From the NCBI GenBank assembly GCA_045656225.1, contig JAZOQU010000040.1:4697-68696 (forward strand): 64,000 nucleotides of DNA, given 5' to 3'. Positions 50,985-61,044 of this stretch are shown one piece after another. Under the pieces are notes generated by a model. That model saw nothing but the letters and a program-made list of their open reading frames with translations, ran no database searches and was not told the origin of the DNA. The translations under genes were made by a program, and so were the position numbers. Numbering within the stretch: the first letter of the stretch is position 1; every line of letters begins with the position of its first letter. The DNA is from Kiritimatiellia bacterium. Lineage in GTDB: Bacteria; Verrucomicrobiota; Kiritimatiellia; RFP12; UBA1067.

Positions 50985-51461
50985 GTGACAAATCTACATC
51001 CAGATATTTGCAGAAAAATTAAAGATGCTCGCAGAGAACGCGGCATCTCTCAGAGCCTGCTTGCTAAAGAAGTAGGTTGTAAACAATCTGCACTGTCGAT
51101 GTTTGAACAGGGTGACGGTACTAAGCTTAATGATGAAGTTATTAAAAAGCTTTGCGATAAGTTCGGTATTAAGTTATCTACAGAGAACGCAGCGGTAGAA
51201 ATTCCGGTTGTTCCTGCCCCTCAAAGAGTTTTTGAAGTTGAGAAGGGTTTTTGCCCTAATCCCAATTGTCCTTCTCATACAGCCTACGAGGTTGACGGGC
51301 GAAGATTCTTAAAGCCCGACCGCCGCATTCAGGATCCTGTCGGCGGCAAATTCTGCGCGATATGCGGTGAAGTCCTTGAGAAGCGTTGCCCTAATTGCGG
51401 CTCACTTGTTCATGACGGTGCCGTCTGTTCCATTTGCGGCGAGAGTTACGTCGCCATATAA
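50985..51461 (+). CDS. XRE-family HTH regulator with C-terminal zinc-ribbon domain (GTG start)
   Basis: IKDARRERGISQSLLAKEVGCKQSALSMFEQG; CPNPNCPSH...CAICG...CPNCG...CSICG. Confidence 0.7.
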   Translation: MTNLHPDICRKIKDARRERGISQSLLAKEVGCKQSALSMFEQGDGTKLNDEVIKKLCDKFGIKLSTENAAVEIPVVPAPQRVFEVEKGFCPNPNCPSHTAYEVDGRRFLKPDRRIQDPVGGKFCAICGEVLEKRCPNCGSLVHDGAVCSICGESYVAI

Positions 51462-51517
51462 ACGGCGGGGATATCTCAGACGAACGGGACGACAGCAAAT
51501 ATGGTATAATACCATAT

Positions 51518-51790
51518 ATGAAAAAAGCGATTATAACAGTTGTCGGTAAAGACGTCGTCGGCATCATCGCCAAGACGAGCGCCTATCTCGCCAAGAACAA
51601 CATCAATATTCTTGATATCTCCCAGACGGTTGTTCAGGAATATTTCAATATGATGATGATTGTCGACATCACGTCCTGCCGCAAGAGTTTTGAGGACGTT
51701 GCGGCCGGTTTGGGTGAACTCGGCCAGGCGATGGGACTTAAGATCCGCTGCCAGAAGTCCGAGATTTTCGAGAAAATGCACCGCGTATAA
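51518..51790 (+). CDS. ACT-domain protein (UPF0237 family)
   Basis: MKKAIITVVGKDVVGIIAKTSAYLAKNNINILDISQTV; extended -10 TGGTATAAT at 51502-51510; conserved pairing with UPF0210. Confidence 0.8.
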   Translation: MKKAIITVVGKDVVGIIAKTSAYLAKNNINILDISQTVVQEYFNMMMIVDITSCRKSFEDVAAGLGELGQAMGLKIRCQKSEIFEKMHRV

Positions 51791-51799
51791 GGGGGCGAG

Positions 51800-53164
51800 A
51801 TGATTAACATCACCGAAGTTCTCGAGACGAACAAAATGATTCTCGAGGAGAATCTCGATGTCCGTACGATCACGATGGGCATTTCGCTTCTCGACTGCGC
51901 GGACGCGTCGCTCAAGACGACGTGCGACAACATCTACGCGAAACTCACGACGTACGCGAAGGACCTCGTGAAGACGGGCGACGAAATCGGACGAGAGTTC
52001 GGCGTTCCCGTGGTCAACAAGCGAATTTCGATCACGCCTGCGGCCATCGTCGGTTCGGCATGCTGCAGGAAGCCTTCCGATTTCGTAAAAATCGCGAAGA
52101 CTCTCGACCGCGCGGCCAAGAAGGTCGGCGTCAACTTCATCGGCGGATATTCCGCGATCGTCTCGAAGGGTATGACCAAGGCCGATGAGCTTTTAATCCG
52201 ATCCATTCCCGAGGCTATGGCCGTGACGGAGCGGATCTGCTCTTCGGTCAATGTCGGCTCCACCAAGACGGGCATTAATATGGACGCCGTCCGTCTTATG
52301 GGCGAGATCATAAAGGCGGCCGCCGAGCGCACGAAGGATCGCGATTCCATCGGATGCGCGAAGATAGTCGTTCTTTGCAACGCCCCGGACGACAATCCGT
52401 TTATGGCAGGCGCGTTCCACGGCGTGAGCGAAGCCGACGCGATCATCAATGTCGGCGTATCGGGGCCCGGCGTAGTCAATCACGTTTTAAAGTCGATTCG
52501 CGGAGCCGATTTCGAGACTCTCTGCGAGACGATTAAAAAGACGGCGTTCAAGATTACGCGCGTAGGTCAACTCGTCGCCCAGGAGGCGTCGGCGCGTCTC
52601 GGCGTTCCGTTCGGCATTATCGATCTTTCGCTCGCGCCGACTCCCGCGATCGGTGACTCGGTAGCCGATATTCTCAAGGAGATCGGTCTTGAGCATCCGG
52701 GCGCACCCGGCACGACGGCGGCGCTCGCGCTTTTGAACGATCAGGTTAAAAAGGGCGGCGTGATGGCTTCGAGTTATGTCGGCGGTCTTTCAGGCGCGTT
52801 TATCCCCGTATCTGAGGATCAGGGCATGATCGATGCAGTGAACGCCGGCGCTCTTACGATCGAGAAGCTTGAGGCGATGACGTGCGTCTGCTCCGTGGGT
52901 CTCGATATGATCGCGATTCCGGGCGATACTCCCGCTACATCGATTTCGGGAATTATCGCCGACGAGGCGGCTATCGGCATGATCAACCAGAAGACGACGG
53001 CCGTAAGAATTATTCCTGTCGCCGGCAAGACGGTTGGCGATACGGTTGAGTTCGGCGGACTTCTCGGGTATGCGCCCGTGATGAAGGTGTCCAAGTTCTC
53101 TTGCGCCGATATGATCGCTCGAAAGGGCCGTATTCCCGCTCCGATCCATTCGTTCAAAAACTGA
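51800..53164 (+). CDS. UPF0210 (DUF711) family protein
   Basis: [72 protein letters not shown]: near-collinear with the family as I recall it. Confidence 0.9.
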   Translation: MINITEVLETNKMILEENLDVRTITMGISLLDCADASLKTTCDNIYAKLTTYAKDLVKTGDEIGREFGVPVVNKRISITPAAIVGSACCRKPSDFVKIAKTLDRAAKKVGVNFIGGYSAIVSKGMTKADELLIRSIPEAMAVTERICSSVNVGSTKTGINMDAVRLMGEIIKAAAERTKDRDSIGCAKIVVLCNAPDDNPFMAGAFHGVSEADAIINVGVSGPGVVNHVLKSIRGADFETLCETIKKTAFKITRVGQLVAQEASARLGVPFGIIDLSLAPTPAIGDSVADILKEIGLEHPGAPGTTAALALLNDQVKKGGVMASSYVGGLSGAFIPVSEDQGMIDAVNAGALTIEKLEAMTCVCSVGLDMIAIPGDTPATSISGIIADEAAIGMINQKTTAVRIIPVAGKTVGDTVEFGGLLGYAPVMKVSKFSCADMIARKGRIPAPIHSFKN

Positions 53165-53171
53165 TGTCGTT

Positions 53172-54266
53172 ATGAACGCGTTTTTCGCCGCAATCTGTTA
53201 CTGTATCGTCGGATCTAACCCAGGCTCGCCCAATAAAGAGGCTCTCCATGTTTTAGAATGCGACGATGCAACAGGCGCGGCGAAAATCGTTCAGACCGTA
53301 AATGGCGTTGAAGGTACTACGTACTTTCAGGTCAACAAGAAGGGCGATATGCTTTACAGTTTTATTTCTGAAAAGCGCGACGGTAAAAAGCGCGGCGCGG
53401 CGGTGGTATTCGATATAAAGGATAACCGTATAGGCGAGATGACTAAACTCGCCGCGCTGCCTTGCGAAGTCCCGTGCCATGTAGCGATTTCGCCTGATGA
53501 AAAATCATACGCATTCGCGGCATATACTTCCGGATGTTTTGGGTTAATGTCGTTTACTGAAGATGGTGGGATATGTAACTTTGTTTCAACTAGATTGGCT
53601 AATATAAATATGGGTCCTCGTAAGGATCGCCAAAAGAAGGCTTATGCCCATTGTATGGTTTATACGCCAGATGGAAAGATAATTGGCGTAATTGATTTAG
53701 GATGCGATGCAATTTTCTTTTATAATTACCCGTTCACCATTCACTTTTCCCCCTTCCCCTTTCCCCCTTTCCCATTCCGCATAAAATCCGATCCCGGTGA
53801 TGGCCCGAGGCACGCTATATTTTCGAGATGCGGTAAATATTTCTTTGTATTAAACGAGTTATCCTCGTCGGTTACGAGTTACGCGTATGACGGCGAAGAG
53901 AAGTTTACCCGCGTCGGAAAGTGGTCTATGTTGCCGAAGGGGACAGACCCCCTTACTACTAAGGCGGCTGCGATTAAGCTTACGGCTGACGGTAAGGTTT
54001 TAATGGCATCCAATAGGGGATGTGATTCGATCGCGTTTTTTGATGTTAAAGACAACGGGGAGCTTGAGCTTAAGAATATCGCTCCACTTAAGGGTAAGTT
54101 CCCTCGCGATTTTGAACTTATGCCGGGCGAAAAGTTTATGGTCGTCGGACATAAGATGTCGAACGAGATTCAGGTATATTCGTTCGACCGCGCCAAGTAT
54201 ACGCTTACCCCGGTCGGTGACGCGATACCGTGCTACCGCCCCCTATGCTTTAAGTTCCTGCCGTAA
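53172..54266 (+). CDS. Lactonase, 7-bladed beta-propeller family (Pgl/YbhE-like)
   Basis: GDGPRH motif, repeated blade pattern, 364 aa; contains a low-GC patch and a CT-rich tract. Confidence 0.6.
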   Translation: MNAFFAAICYCIVGSNPGSPNKEALHVLECDDATGAAKIVQTVNGVEGTTYFQVNKKGDMLYSFISEKRDGKKRGAAVVFDIKDNRIGEMTKLAALPCEVPCHVAISPDEKSYAFAAYTSGCFGLMSFTEDGGICNFVSTRLANINMGPRKDRQKKAYAHCMVYTPDGKIIGVIDLGCDAIFFYNYPFTIHFSPFPFPPFPFRIKSDPGDGPRHAIFSRCGKYFFVLNELSSSVTSYAYDGEEKFTRVGKWSMLPKGTDPLTTKAAAIKLTADGKVLMASNRGCDSIAFFDVKDNGELELKNIAPLKGKFPRDFELMPGEKFMVVGHKMSNEIQVYSFDRAKYTLTPVGDAIPCYRPLCFKFLP

Positions 54267-54304
54267 GGTTTTAAGTAGTCAATTAAAGAAGAAGGAAGAA
54301 GAAT

Positions 54305-55081
54305 ATGATTTACTCTTTTAAGTTTCGCAGAATTGTTGCAGTCGCGGCGATTGTACTGGGAGCGACGGCGTATGGCGCTAAGATTGATCCGTTTGATGCG
54401 GAATTATTAGAGCCAAGGTATTTTGCTGATGATGATCATCCTAACGGCGTGGAGTTTCTTCCTCCTCCTCCAGGATGGACGTCTGATCTTTTTACAGGCG
54501 ACTATGTCGGTTATCTTTGGGGTAAGACCGTTCGCGGAACGGAGCGCGGCAAAAAGGCGGTTGTTCAATCCACATTTCTTGTAGATGATTTCATAGCGCT
54601 ATTTAATGATGCGTTCGGTTATGAAATTTCACGCGAAAAGACGCCTGCGATTTATAAGGTTCTGCGTAAAAGTCTTATAACCGCCCGTCTTTCTTCATTG
54701 AAGCCAAAGAGAAGTTTTAAACGCACGCGCCCCTATGTCAGATATAATGAACCCACTCCCGTTCCCGAGACTGAAGAGAGGCTGCGCAATAACGGTTCAT
54801 ATCCCTCGGGCCACTCTCTTCGCGGATGGTGCATGGCGCTGTTACTTCTTGAAATCAATCCGGAATGTCAGAATAAGGTTTTAAAGCTTGGTCACGAGTG
54901 GGGAGAGAGCCGTGTAATTATCGGGTATCATTGGAAGAGCGATGTCGAGGCGGGTCGCGCATTGGCGAGCGCCGTTTACGCCAGACTCCACACCTCTGAG
55001 GAATTTCTTTCGGATATGGCCGCCGCGCGCGAGGAATTCAAGCGGATAAAAAATAAATCTGAAAAAGCAGACAAGAAATAA
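54305..55081 (+). CDS. Class A acid phosphatase (PAP2 superfamily)
   Basis: Signal peptide; KRTRPY, YPSGHS, SRVIIGYHWKSD signature triad. Confidence 0.8.
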   Translation: MIYSFKFRRIVAVAAIVLGATAYGAKIDPFDAELLEPRYFADDDHPNGVEFLPPPPGWTSDLFTGDYVGYLWGKTVRGTERGKKAVVQSTFLVDDFIALFNDAFGYEISREKTPAIYKVLRKSLITARLSSLKPKRSFKRTRPYVRYNEPTPVPETEERLRNNGSYPSGHSLRGWCMALLLLEINPECQNKVLKLGHEWGESRVIIGYHWKSDVEAGRALASAVYARLHTSEEFLSDMAAAREEFKRIKNKSEKADKK

Positions 55082-55096
55082 TTGGAGAGAAAAATC

Positions 55097-57718
55097 ATGA
55101 AGAGAGTTTTACTTGCTTTCGCTTTTGCGGTCGTTTCGGTTTTTGGCGTATACGGTGCGGATAAAGGTGTTCATACTTTTGAGGTCGGCGAAGGAGCGTT
55201 TCTTCTTGACGGAAAGCCATTCGTCATTCGTTGCGGTGAGATGCACTTCGCGCGTGTACCTAAAGCTTATTGGCAGCATCGTCTTAAAATGATTCGCGCC
55301 TGCGGCTTTAATGCCGTCTGCGCGTATATGTTCTGGAACTATCACGAGATGACGGAAGGTAAAATCGACTTTACCGGCGATCGTGATGTCGCTGAATTCT
55401 GCCGCCTCGCTCAAGCTGAAGGTTTGTGGGTTATTTTGCGTCCGGGTCCATACACCTGCGCGGAGTGGGATCTCGGCGGCCACCCCTGGTGGCTATTGGC
55501 CAAGGACGGCATTCATCTTCGCTCGACCGATCCTAAATACTTAGGCCCCGCCAAGCGTTATCTCGCGGCGGTAGGGCGCGAGCTTGCGCCGCTTCAGATT
55601 ACGAAGGGCGGACCGATCATCATGGTTCAGGCCGAGAATGAATACGGCAGCTACGGCGACGATCCCGTTTACATGCGCGAAATCTGGAAGGCCCTTAAAG
55701 ACGGAGGATTTGAAGTTCCGCTTTTTGCGTGCAATGGGCGTGGCGCGATAAAGAAAGGCTACATTCCCGAGTTGCTTCCTATTGTAAATTTTGGATCCAA
55801 CCCCGAGGCCGCTTTCGCGGAACTTAAAGAGCTCTCTCCCAAGAGTCCTTTGATGTGCGGCGAGTTTTATCCCGCGTGGTTCGATTCGTGGGGGAAGATT
55901 CATCACGTTAAGAGCGCTGATGACTGCTTGAGGGATCTTAAGTACATGCTTGAACACAAGGCGAGCTTCTCGGTTTATATGGCTCACGGCGGAACTACGT
56001 TCGCCTGGTGGGCGGGGTGCAATTGGCCGTTCGTACCCGAAGTATCGAGCTACGACTACGACGCGCCCATTTCTGAAGCCGGTTGGACTAACGAAAAGTT
56101 TTTCGCGATGCGTAATCTCTTCGCGCAATTCTTAAACTCAGGCGAGACAATTCCTGAGCCGCCCGCTCCGATTCCGCTTCAAAAAGGATCGGCGAAGTTG
56201 ATTGCAAAGACGGCGAACATTTATGATCTTGCTTCAGCGTCAAAGAGACTTGAAAGCGACTCACCCGTAATATTTGAAAAAGCGGGTCTCGGTTACGGTC
56301 TCGCGGTTTATGAAACTGAGATTCCCGCGAATATGGGCGGCGAGCTAAAAGCGGATGTACGAGACTTAGGTGTAGTTAGAGTTGATGGTGTAGAGAGGGG
56401 TTTTCTCGATCGCCGCGATCCTAAGGTCACCGTTAAAATTCCGGTTTCTTCAAAACAGCGCAAACTCGAAATTCTCGTCGAGCCGATGGGGCGCTATAAT
56501 TTCTCCGAGAAAATGCATGAAGGCATAAAGGGAATTGTCGGCGACGTTAAACTTGACGGTAAAGTTCTCAAGGGTTGGAAGACGGCTTACTTCACTTACG
56601 ATGAAGCGGTTGATTCTCCGAAGTTCGGCGAAGAGCGTGATTTAGCGTCGCTTAAGTCGACAAGCGCCGGAAGCGTCCATAAAATTAAAGTCAATCTTGA
56701 AGCCGGCAAGGATACGTTCCTTGATATGAGCGGATTCCGTCGCGGGCTCGTAAGACTTAACGACCGCTGGCTCGGCCGCTATTGGGCCATCGGACCGACT
56801 CAGACTATGTATGTTCCAGGCTGCTGGATTAAAGACGGCGAGAATGAACTTACGATAATCGATACGGTCGGCTCGTTCATGAAGCCCAAATCGAAACTGA
56901 TCTGGCGCTCGGAGCCGATACTCGACGTCAATTGCGTCGAGAATGATTACTTCAAACATGAACTGCGGAAAACGAGAGTAGGGCTAGACGCGTGGAAGGG
57001 AATGAAAGTCGCATTCCTCGGAGACTCCATTACCGATCCCGCCCACATCGCCTGCACGAGCAACTACTGGAATTTCATGATTGACGATCTCAATCTCGAC
57101 GCGAAGGTATACGGTGTAAGCGGCTGCACGTGGAAGGGACTTCCCGATCAGATTAATCGTATTCACGAATCGATGGATACGGATTTAGATGCGATTTTTG
57201 TTTTCCTCGGAACGAACGATTACAACGCTAACGTTCCGCTCGGCGAATTTTATGATTACCGAGAAGAGGAGACGAACCGCAACGGAAAGAAGGTTGTTTT
57301 GAAGCGCCGTTATTTCAACCGCGACGTTTCCACTTTTGCGGGCCGGATCAATTTCGCGATGAACCGCCTAAAATCGGAATTCCCGCAGTCGCAGATTATT
57401 CTCTTAACTCCGCTTCATCGGGCATTCTTCAAATATAACGCCACTAATGTTCAGCCGCCGGAGTCGTTCCCGAACGAGCTTGGACTTTATATTGACGAAT
57501 ATGTCGATATGCTTAAACGCGCCGCACAGATATGGTCGGTCCCGGTCATCGATCTTTTCGGCGAGTCTGGTCTCATTCCCGAGAACGACAGTTACGGAGT
57601 TCTCTATTTCGGAAACTCAAAGACCGATCGTCTTCACCCGAACACGAACGGCCATAGACGCATCGCCGATCTTATCGAGGCCAAGCTCAACGCGCTCCCC
57701 GCATCGTTCCGCCGCTAA
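55097..57718 (+). CDS. GH35 beta-galactosidase fused to a C-terminal SGNH/GDSL hydrolase domain
   Basis: Signal peptide; FLLDGKPFVIRCGEMHFARVP, QAENEYGSY (GH35 acid/base region); C-terminal VAFLGDSITD, GTND, DRLHPN (SGNH blocks I, III, V). Confidence 0.8.
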   Translation: MKRVLLAFAFAVVSVFGVYGADKGVHTFEVGEGAFLLDGKPFVIRCGEMHFARVPKAYWQHRLKMIRACGFNAVCAYMFWNYHEMTEGKIDFTGDRDVAEFCRLAQAEGLWVILRPGPYTCAEWDLGGHPWWLLAKDGIHLRSTDPKYLGPAKRYLAAVGRELAPLQITKGGPIIMVQAENEYGSYGDDPVYMREIWKALKDGGFEVPLFACNGRGAIKKGYIPELLPIVNFGSNPEAAFAELKELSPKSPLMCGEFYPAWFDSWGKIHHVKSADDCLRDLKYMLEHKASFSVYMAHGGTTFAWWAGCNWPFVPEVSSYDYDAPISEAGWTNEKFFAMRNLFAQFLNSGETIPEPPAPIPLQKGSAKLIAKTANIYDLASASKRLESDSPVIFEKAGLGYGLAVYETEIPANMGGELKADVRDLGVVRVDGVERGFLDRRDPKVTVKIPVSSKQRKLEILVEPMGRYNFSEKMHEGIKGIVGDVKLDGKVLKGWKTAYFTYDEAVDSPKFGEERDLASLKSTSAGSVHKIKVNLEAGKDTFLDMSGFRRGLVRLNDRWLGRYWAIGPTQTMYVPGCWIKDGENELTIIDTVGSFMKPKSKLIWRSEPILDVNCVENDYFKHELRKTRVGLDAWKGMKVAFLGDSITDPAHIACTSNYWNFMIDDLNLDAKVYGVSGCTWKGLPDQINRIHESMDTDLDAIFVFLGTNDYNANVPLGEFYDYREEETNRNGKKVVLKRRYFNRDVSTFAGRINFAMNRLKSEFPQSQIILLTPLHRAFFKYNATNVQPPESFPNELGLYIDEYVDMLKRAAQIWSVPVIDLFGESGLIPENDSYGVLYFGNSKTDRLHPNTNGHRRIADLIEAKLNALPASFRR

Positions 57719-57769
57719 ATGCGGCGCCATTCAGAAGCATATCCTTCGACTCAAAGAAGGAAATAATAA

Positions 57770-57886
57770 ATGAAATTAAATAAATTGCTTTTTAGTGTGA
57801 TTTGTTGCATATTCCTATCGGGATGTTTAGGGAATAATGAAATTAGATATGAAGATAAGATTTGCTATAATTCAACAATCCCGTAG
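57770..57886 (+). CDS. Possible 38-aa lipoprotein (not in the ORF track)
   Basis: MKLNKLLFSVICCIFLSGCLGNN... with lipobox LSGC; AAGGA 8 nt upstream; sits in an AT-rich patch. Confidence 0.35.
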   Translation: MKLNKLLFSVICCIFLSGCLGNNEIRYEDKICYNSTIP

Positions 57887-57899
57887 GTTAGGAGGTAAA

Positions 57900-58628
57900 A
57901 TGCTGAAAGGCGAGTATATTTTCAAGGTGAGGTCGTATGAATGTGGAGCCGACGGCTTTGCATCGTTGCCGAGTATATGTAATTATCTGCAGGAAGCCGC
58001 GAGCCTCAATGCTGAAGAACTTGGTTTTTCAAAGTCGAATTTTGATGCGCAAGGCGAGAATATTTCATGGGTTTTGACTCGCCTGGCCATAAAAATGAAG
58101 CGGTATCCGGCCTGGGAGGAGCCGATAACGGTCGTGACATTCCCTCGCGGCGGACGTAAAATAGTCGCGTGGCGCGATTTTGAGATAAAATCATCGGACG
58201 GAGAGACGATAGGTCTTGCAACGAGCGAGTGGATGCTTATTGATTTGGCTACACGCAAGATTGTCTCGATTCCCGAAAGCGTTCTTAATGCGTGTGAGTT
58301 CGGTTTGGAAAGTGTTTTGGGTGCTGAGCCTTTTACTGCGCGGCTGAAGTTTCCCGCCGACGCGCCAGTAGAAGCGTCAGGGCCCTATAAGGCACAATAT
58401 TCGCACATAGATCTGAATGGCCATGTAAACAATGTTCATTATGTCGAGTGGCTTTTGGAGCCGTTAAAAGCCGGGCGGCCCTCAAGTATTGAATTTGTAT
58501 TCAGAAGTGAGACTTTGGCGGGTGATGAGATTATGGTTGAGACCGCCCGGAAAGACGGGCAGGAGTTTTATCACAGGGTTTTTTCGGCGGACGGCAAAGA
58601 TCATGTAGTCGCGTTTTCCCGAAGTTAA
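57900..58628 (+). CDS. Acyl-ACP thioesterase family protein
   Basis: Start at MLKGEYIF behind AGGAGG; double hot-dog layout, ISWVLTRLAIKMKRYPAWEE, HVNNVHYVEWLLE. Confidence 0.7.
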   Translation: MLKGEYIFKVRSYECGADGFASLPSICNYLQEAASLNAEELGFSKSNFDAQGENISWVLTRLAIKMKRYPAWEEPITVVTFPRGGRKIVAWRDFEIKSSDGETIGLATSEWMLIDLATRKIVSIPESVLNACEFGLESVLGAEPFTARLKFPADAPVEASGPYKAQYSHIDLNGHVNNVHYVEWLLEPLKAGRPSSIEFVFRSETLAGDEIMVETARKDGQEFYHRVFSADGKDHVVAFSRS

Positions 58629-58630
58629 TT

Positions 58631-59221
58631 ATGCAGAACGTGATATTGGCGGCGGGAGCCTTCCCTAAAAAAGGCGGTGAAGCGCGGCGCATCCTTGATG
58701 CCGCCGGGCGCGTCATCTGCTGCGACAGCGCGGCTGATGCGTTCAGACGGAATTGCGCTCGCGAGCCTTTCGCGGTCGTCGGGGACTGCGATTCCGTCAA
58801 GGGCAGATTTGGGAACGTCGTCAGAGTCGAGAAGCAGGATACCAACGATCTCGCCAAGGCGGTAAGATTCTGCCGCGAGAAGGGCATCGGAAATCTCGTC
58901 ATCCTCGGCGCGACGGGTAAACGGGACGATCATAGTCTCGGCAATATTTTCAGGGCGCTCGATTTCGCCATCGACGTGGTTACGGATTATGGGCGGTTTA
59001 CCGTTCTTGAGGGAACTAAAACCTACCGGGTTAAGCCGGGTTCGGGTATGTCGGTTTTCGCCGTCGATCCTGAAACGGAAATGACCTCGATGGGCCTTAA
59101 ATGGCCGCTCGACGGGGTCAGGTTCGAAAACCTCTATTGCGCGACACTCAACAGGGCCGTCGGCGCCGAAGTGACTTTAAGTTCAACCAAACGTGTTTAC
59201 GTATATTTCCCTTTCAGATGA
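58631..59221 (+). CDS. thiN: Thiamine diphosphokinase
   Basis: VVGDCDS, DTNDLAKA, ILGATGKRDDHSLGN. Confidence 0.75.
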   Translation: MQNVILAAGAFPKKGGEARRILDAAGRVICCDSAADAFRRNCAREPFAVVGDCDSVKGRFGNVVRVEKQDTNDLAKAVRFCREKGIGNLVILGATGKRDDHSLGNIFRALDFAIDVVTDYGRFTVLEGTKTYRVKPGSGMSVFAVDPETEMTSMGLKWPLDGVRFENLYCATLNRAVGAEVTLSSTKRVYVYFPFR

Positions 59222-59742
59222 AAATCGTTCTTGCCAGCGCGAGCCCGCGGAGGGCCAAAATCCTTGAATCGTTAGGTGTTGATTTCATAGTCGTGAAAAC
59301 CGACGCGAAGGAAGTCGCATACGACGACGATCCATGCCGCACGGTCAGCGAAAACGCCCTTGCGAAGGGCGTCGCCGCAAAACGCTCTGATGTTCTCTCG
59401 GCGGATACGATCGTCTGGTATAACAACCGCATTTACGGAAAGCCGCGTTCCTTCGACGAGGCAAAAGAGTTTCTGCGTACGTTAAGCGGCGAGGTTCATT
59501 CGGTCTTTACGGGTGTCGCTTTCAATGGTGAGGTAAAAGTCGTGGAAAGCAAGGTCAGGTTCCGCGAGTTGACCGACGAGGAGATAGACGTGTATGTCGA
59601 GCGCGTCAGGCCGCTGGATCGGGCAGGCGCGTATGATATCGACGAGTCCGGCGATCTTATCGTCGAATCGTACAGCGGAAGTTACGAGAATATCATGGGT
59701 CTTCCGGTCGAGCCGCTCAAGGAGTGGGGTGTTGTCGAATGA
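59218..59742 (+). CDS. maf: Maf-family nucleoside-triphosphate pyrophosphatase
   Basis: MKIVLASASPRRAKILESLG, GKP, AGAYDI; ATGA overlaps on both sides. Confidence 0.88.
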   Translation: MKIVLASASPRRAKILESLGVDFIVVKTDAKEVAYDDDPCRTVSENALAKGVAAKRSDVLSADTIVWYNNRIYGKPRSFDEAKEFLRTLSGEVHSVFTGVAFNGEVKVVESKVRFRELTDEEIDVYVERVRPLDRAGAYDIDESGDLIVESYSGSYENIMGLPVEPLKEWGVVE

Positions 59743-60473
59743 ACCGAGGCGCGGTAGGATTTTTCGATTCAGGCTTAGGCGGTCTCTGCATTCTTGAAGC
59801 CTTTAAAAAGGAGTGTCCCTTGGAGTCGACCGTATATATCGCCGACAGCGCGAACTGTCCTTACGGCAACAGAAGCGCGGAGGAAATCATCGTGCTTTCC
59901 GACGCGAACGTCGAAAAGCTTCTTGAGGCAGGATGCAAAATGATCGTCGTAGCCTGCAACACGGCGAGCGCGGCGGCGCTTGAATTTTTGCGCTCGAAAT
60001 ATTCCGATGTGCCCTTTGTCGGAATCGAGCCGGCCATCAAGCCCGCGGCGATGGAATCTAAAACCGGCGTGGTTGGAGTCCTCGCCACGGCGGGTACTTT
60101 CGGCGGGCGTCTCTACAATGAAACCAAGGCGAAGTTCGCGAAGAACGTGACGGTGATCGCGACGGTCGCCGACGAGTTCGTCGATCTTGTTGAAAGAGGC
60201 GAGACATCAGGCGAAGAGGCCGAGCGGATCGTCCGCAGAAAGATCGAGCCCTTGATTGCGGCGTCTTGCGATAAGATCGTTCTCGGCTGTACGCACTTTC
60301 CGCATTTAAGGTCTTTAATTGAAAAGGTCGCCGCTGGTCGCGCCGAAATTATTGAACCTTCGCAGGCGGTTGCCCTCAGAGCGAAAAGCGTTCTCGAGAG
60401 TCGGGGCCTCGTAAATGTCGGCGGAGGCGAGGCGAAACATGTTTTTATTTCAACCAAGAGGGGAGATTTGTGA
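59739..60473 (+). CDS. murI: Glutamate racemase
   Basis: GFFDSGLGG, VVACNTAS, LGCTHFP. Confidence 0.9.
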   Translation: MNRGAVGFFDSGLGGLCILEAFKKECPLESTVYIADSANCPYGNRSAEEIIVLSDANVEKLLEAGCKMIVVACNTASAAALEFLRSKYSDVPFVGIEPAIKPAAMESKTGVVGVLATAGTFGGRLYNETKAKFAKNVTVIATVADEFVDLVERGETSGEEAERIVRRKIEPLIAASCDKIVLGCTHFPHLRSLIEKVAAGRAEIIEPSQAVALRAKSVLESRGLVNVGGGEAKHVFISTKRGDL

Positions 60474-60946
60474 TGACTCAACAGGCCGTTAATTTAGTAG
60501 AACTTCTGAAAGCGAACGGCAGAACGTGCGCGACGGCGGAGAGCTGCACGGGTGGGATGATCGGATCTCTTATTACGGCCGTTCCCGGTTCGAGCGAAGT
60601 CTATCTCGGCGGAGTCGTAAGTTACGCCAATTCCGTAAAGGCGGGCGTTCTTGGAGTTTCGAGCGAGACCATAGATACTTTCGGAGCCGTTTCCGAAAAG
60701 TGCGCGGCGGAAATGGCCGAGGGCGCAAGGCGCTTGACGGGGGCTGATGTCGCCGTCAGCGTGACCGGCATCGCAGGTCCGGGCGGCGGAAGCGCCGAAA
60801 AGCCCGTCGGTCTCGTCTGGTTCGCTGTCGCGACTAAAAGCGGAACTCGCTCCGAAAAGGCGATTTTCGCGGGTTCGCGCGAGGATGTCCGCAGATCTGC
60901 CGCGATGCACGCCGTAGGTATGTTGACCATCGGCGCATTGTCGTAG
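60470..60946 (+). CDS. pncC: CinA C-terminal-domain / nicotinamide-nucleotide amidase (PncC-like)
   Basis: TCATAESCTGG, GGVVSYAN, AVSVTGIAGPGGG, KPVGLVW. Confidence 0.8.
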   Translation: MMTQQAVNLVELLKANGRTCATAESCTGGMIGSLITAVPGSSEVYLGGVVSYANSVKAGVLGVSSETIDTFGAVSEKCAAEMAEGARRLTGADVAVSVTGIAGPGGGSAEKPVGLVWFAVATKSGTRSEKAIFAGSREDVRRSAAMHAVGMLTIGALS

Positions 60947-61044
60947 TTGACAGGCGATTACTTGCGGCATTGTGAGTAATTTGATAAAATCTTTCATGTA
61001 TGGAAATTTTTAATTTCTGAAAACAAAAATTAGGAGAAACTGAG

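Noticed and set aside
60947-60990. TTGACA at 60947 as the -35 of the promoter for the ROK-like gene
   Set aside because: The spacing to the nearest -10-like hexamer is 22 nt. A better-spaced pair (TTGCGG-17-TAAAAT, 60962-60990) exists, but neither is strong enough to list as a feature.
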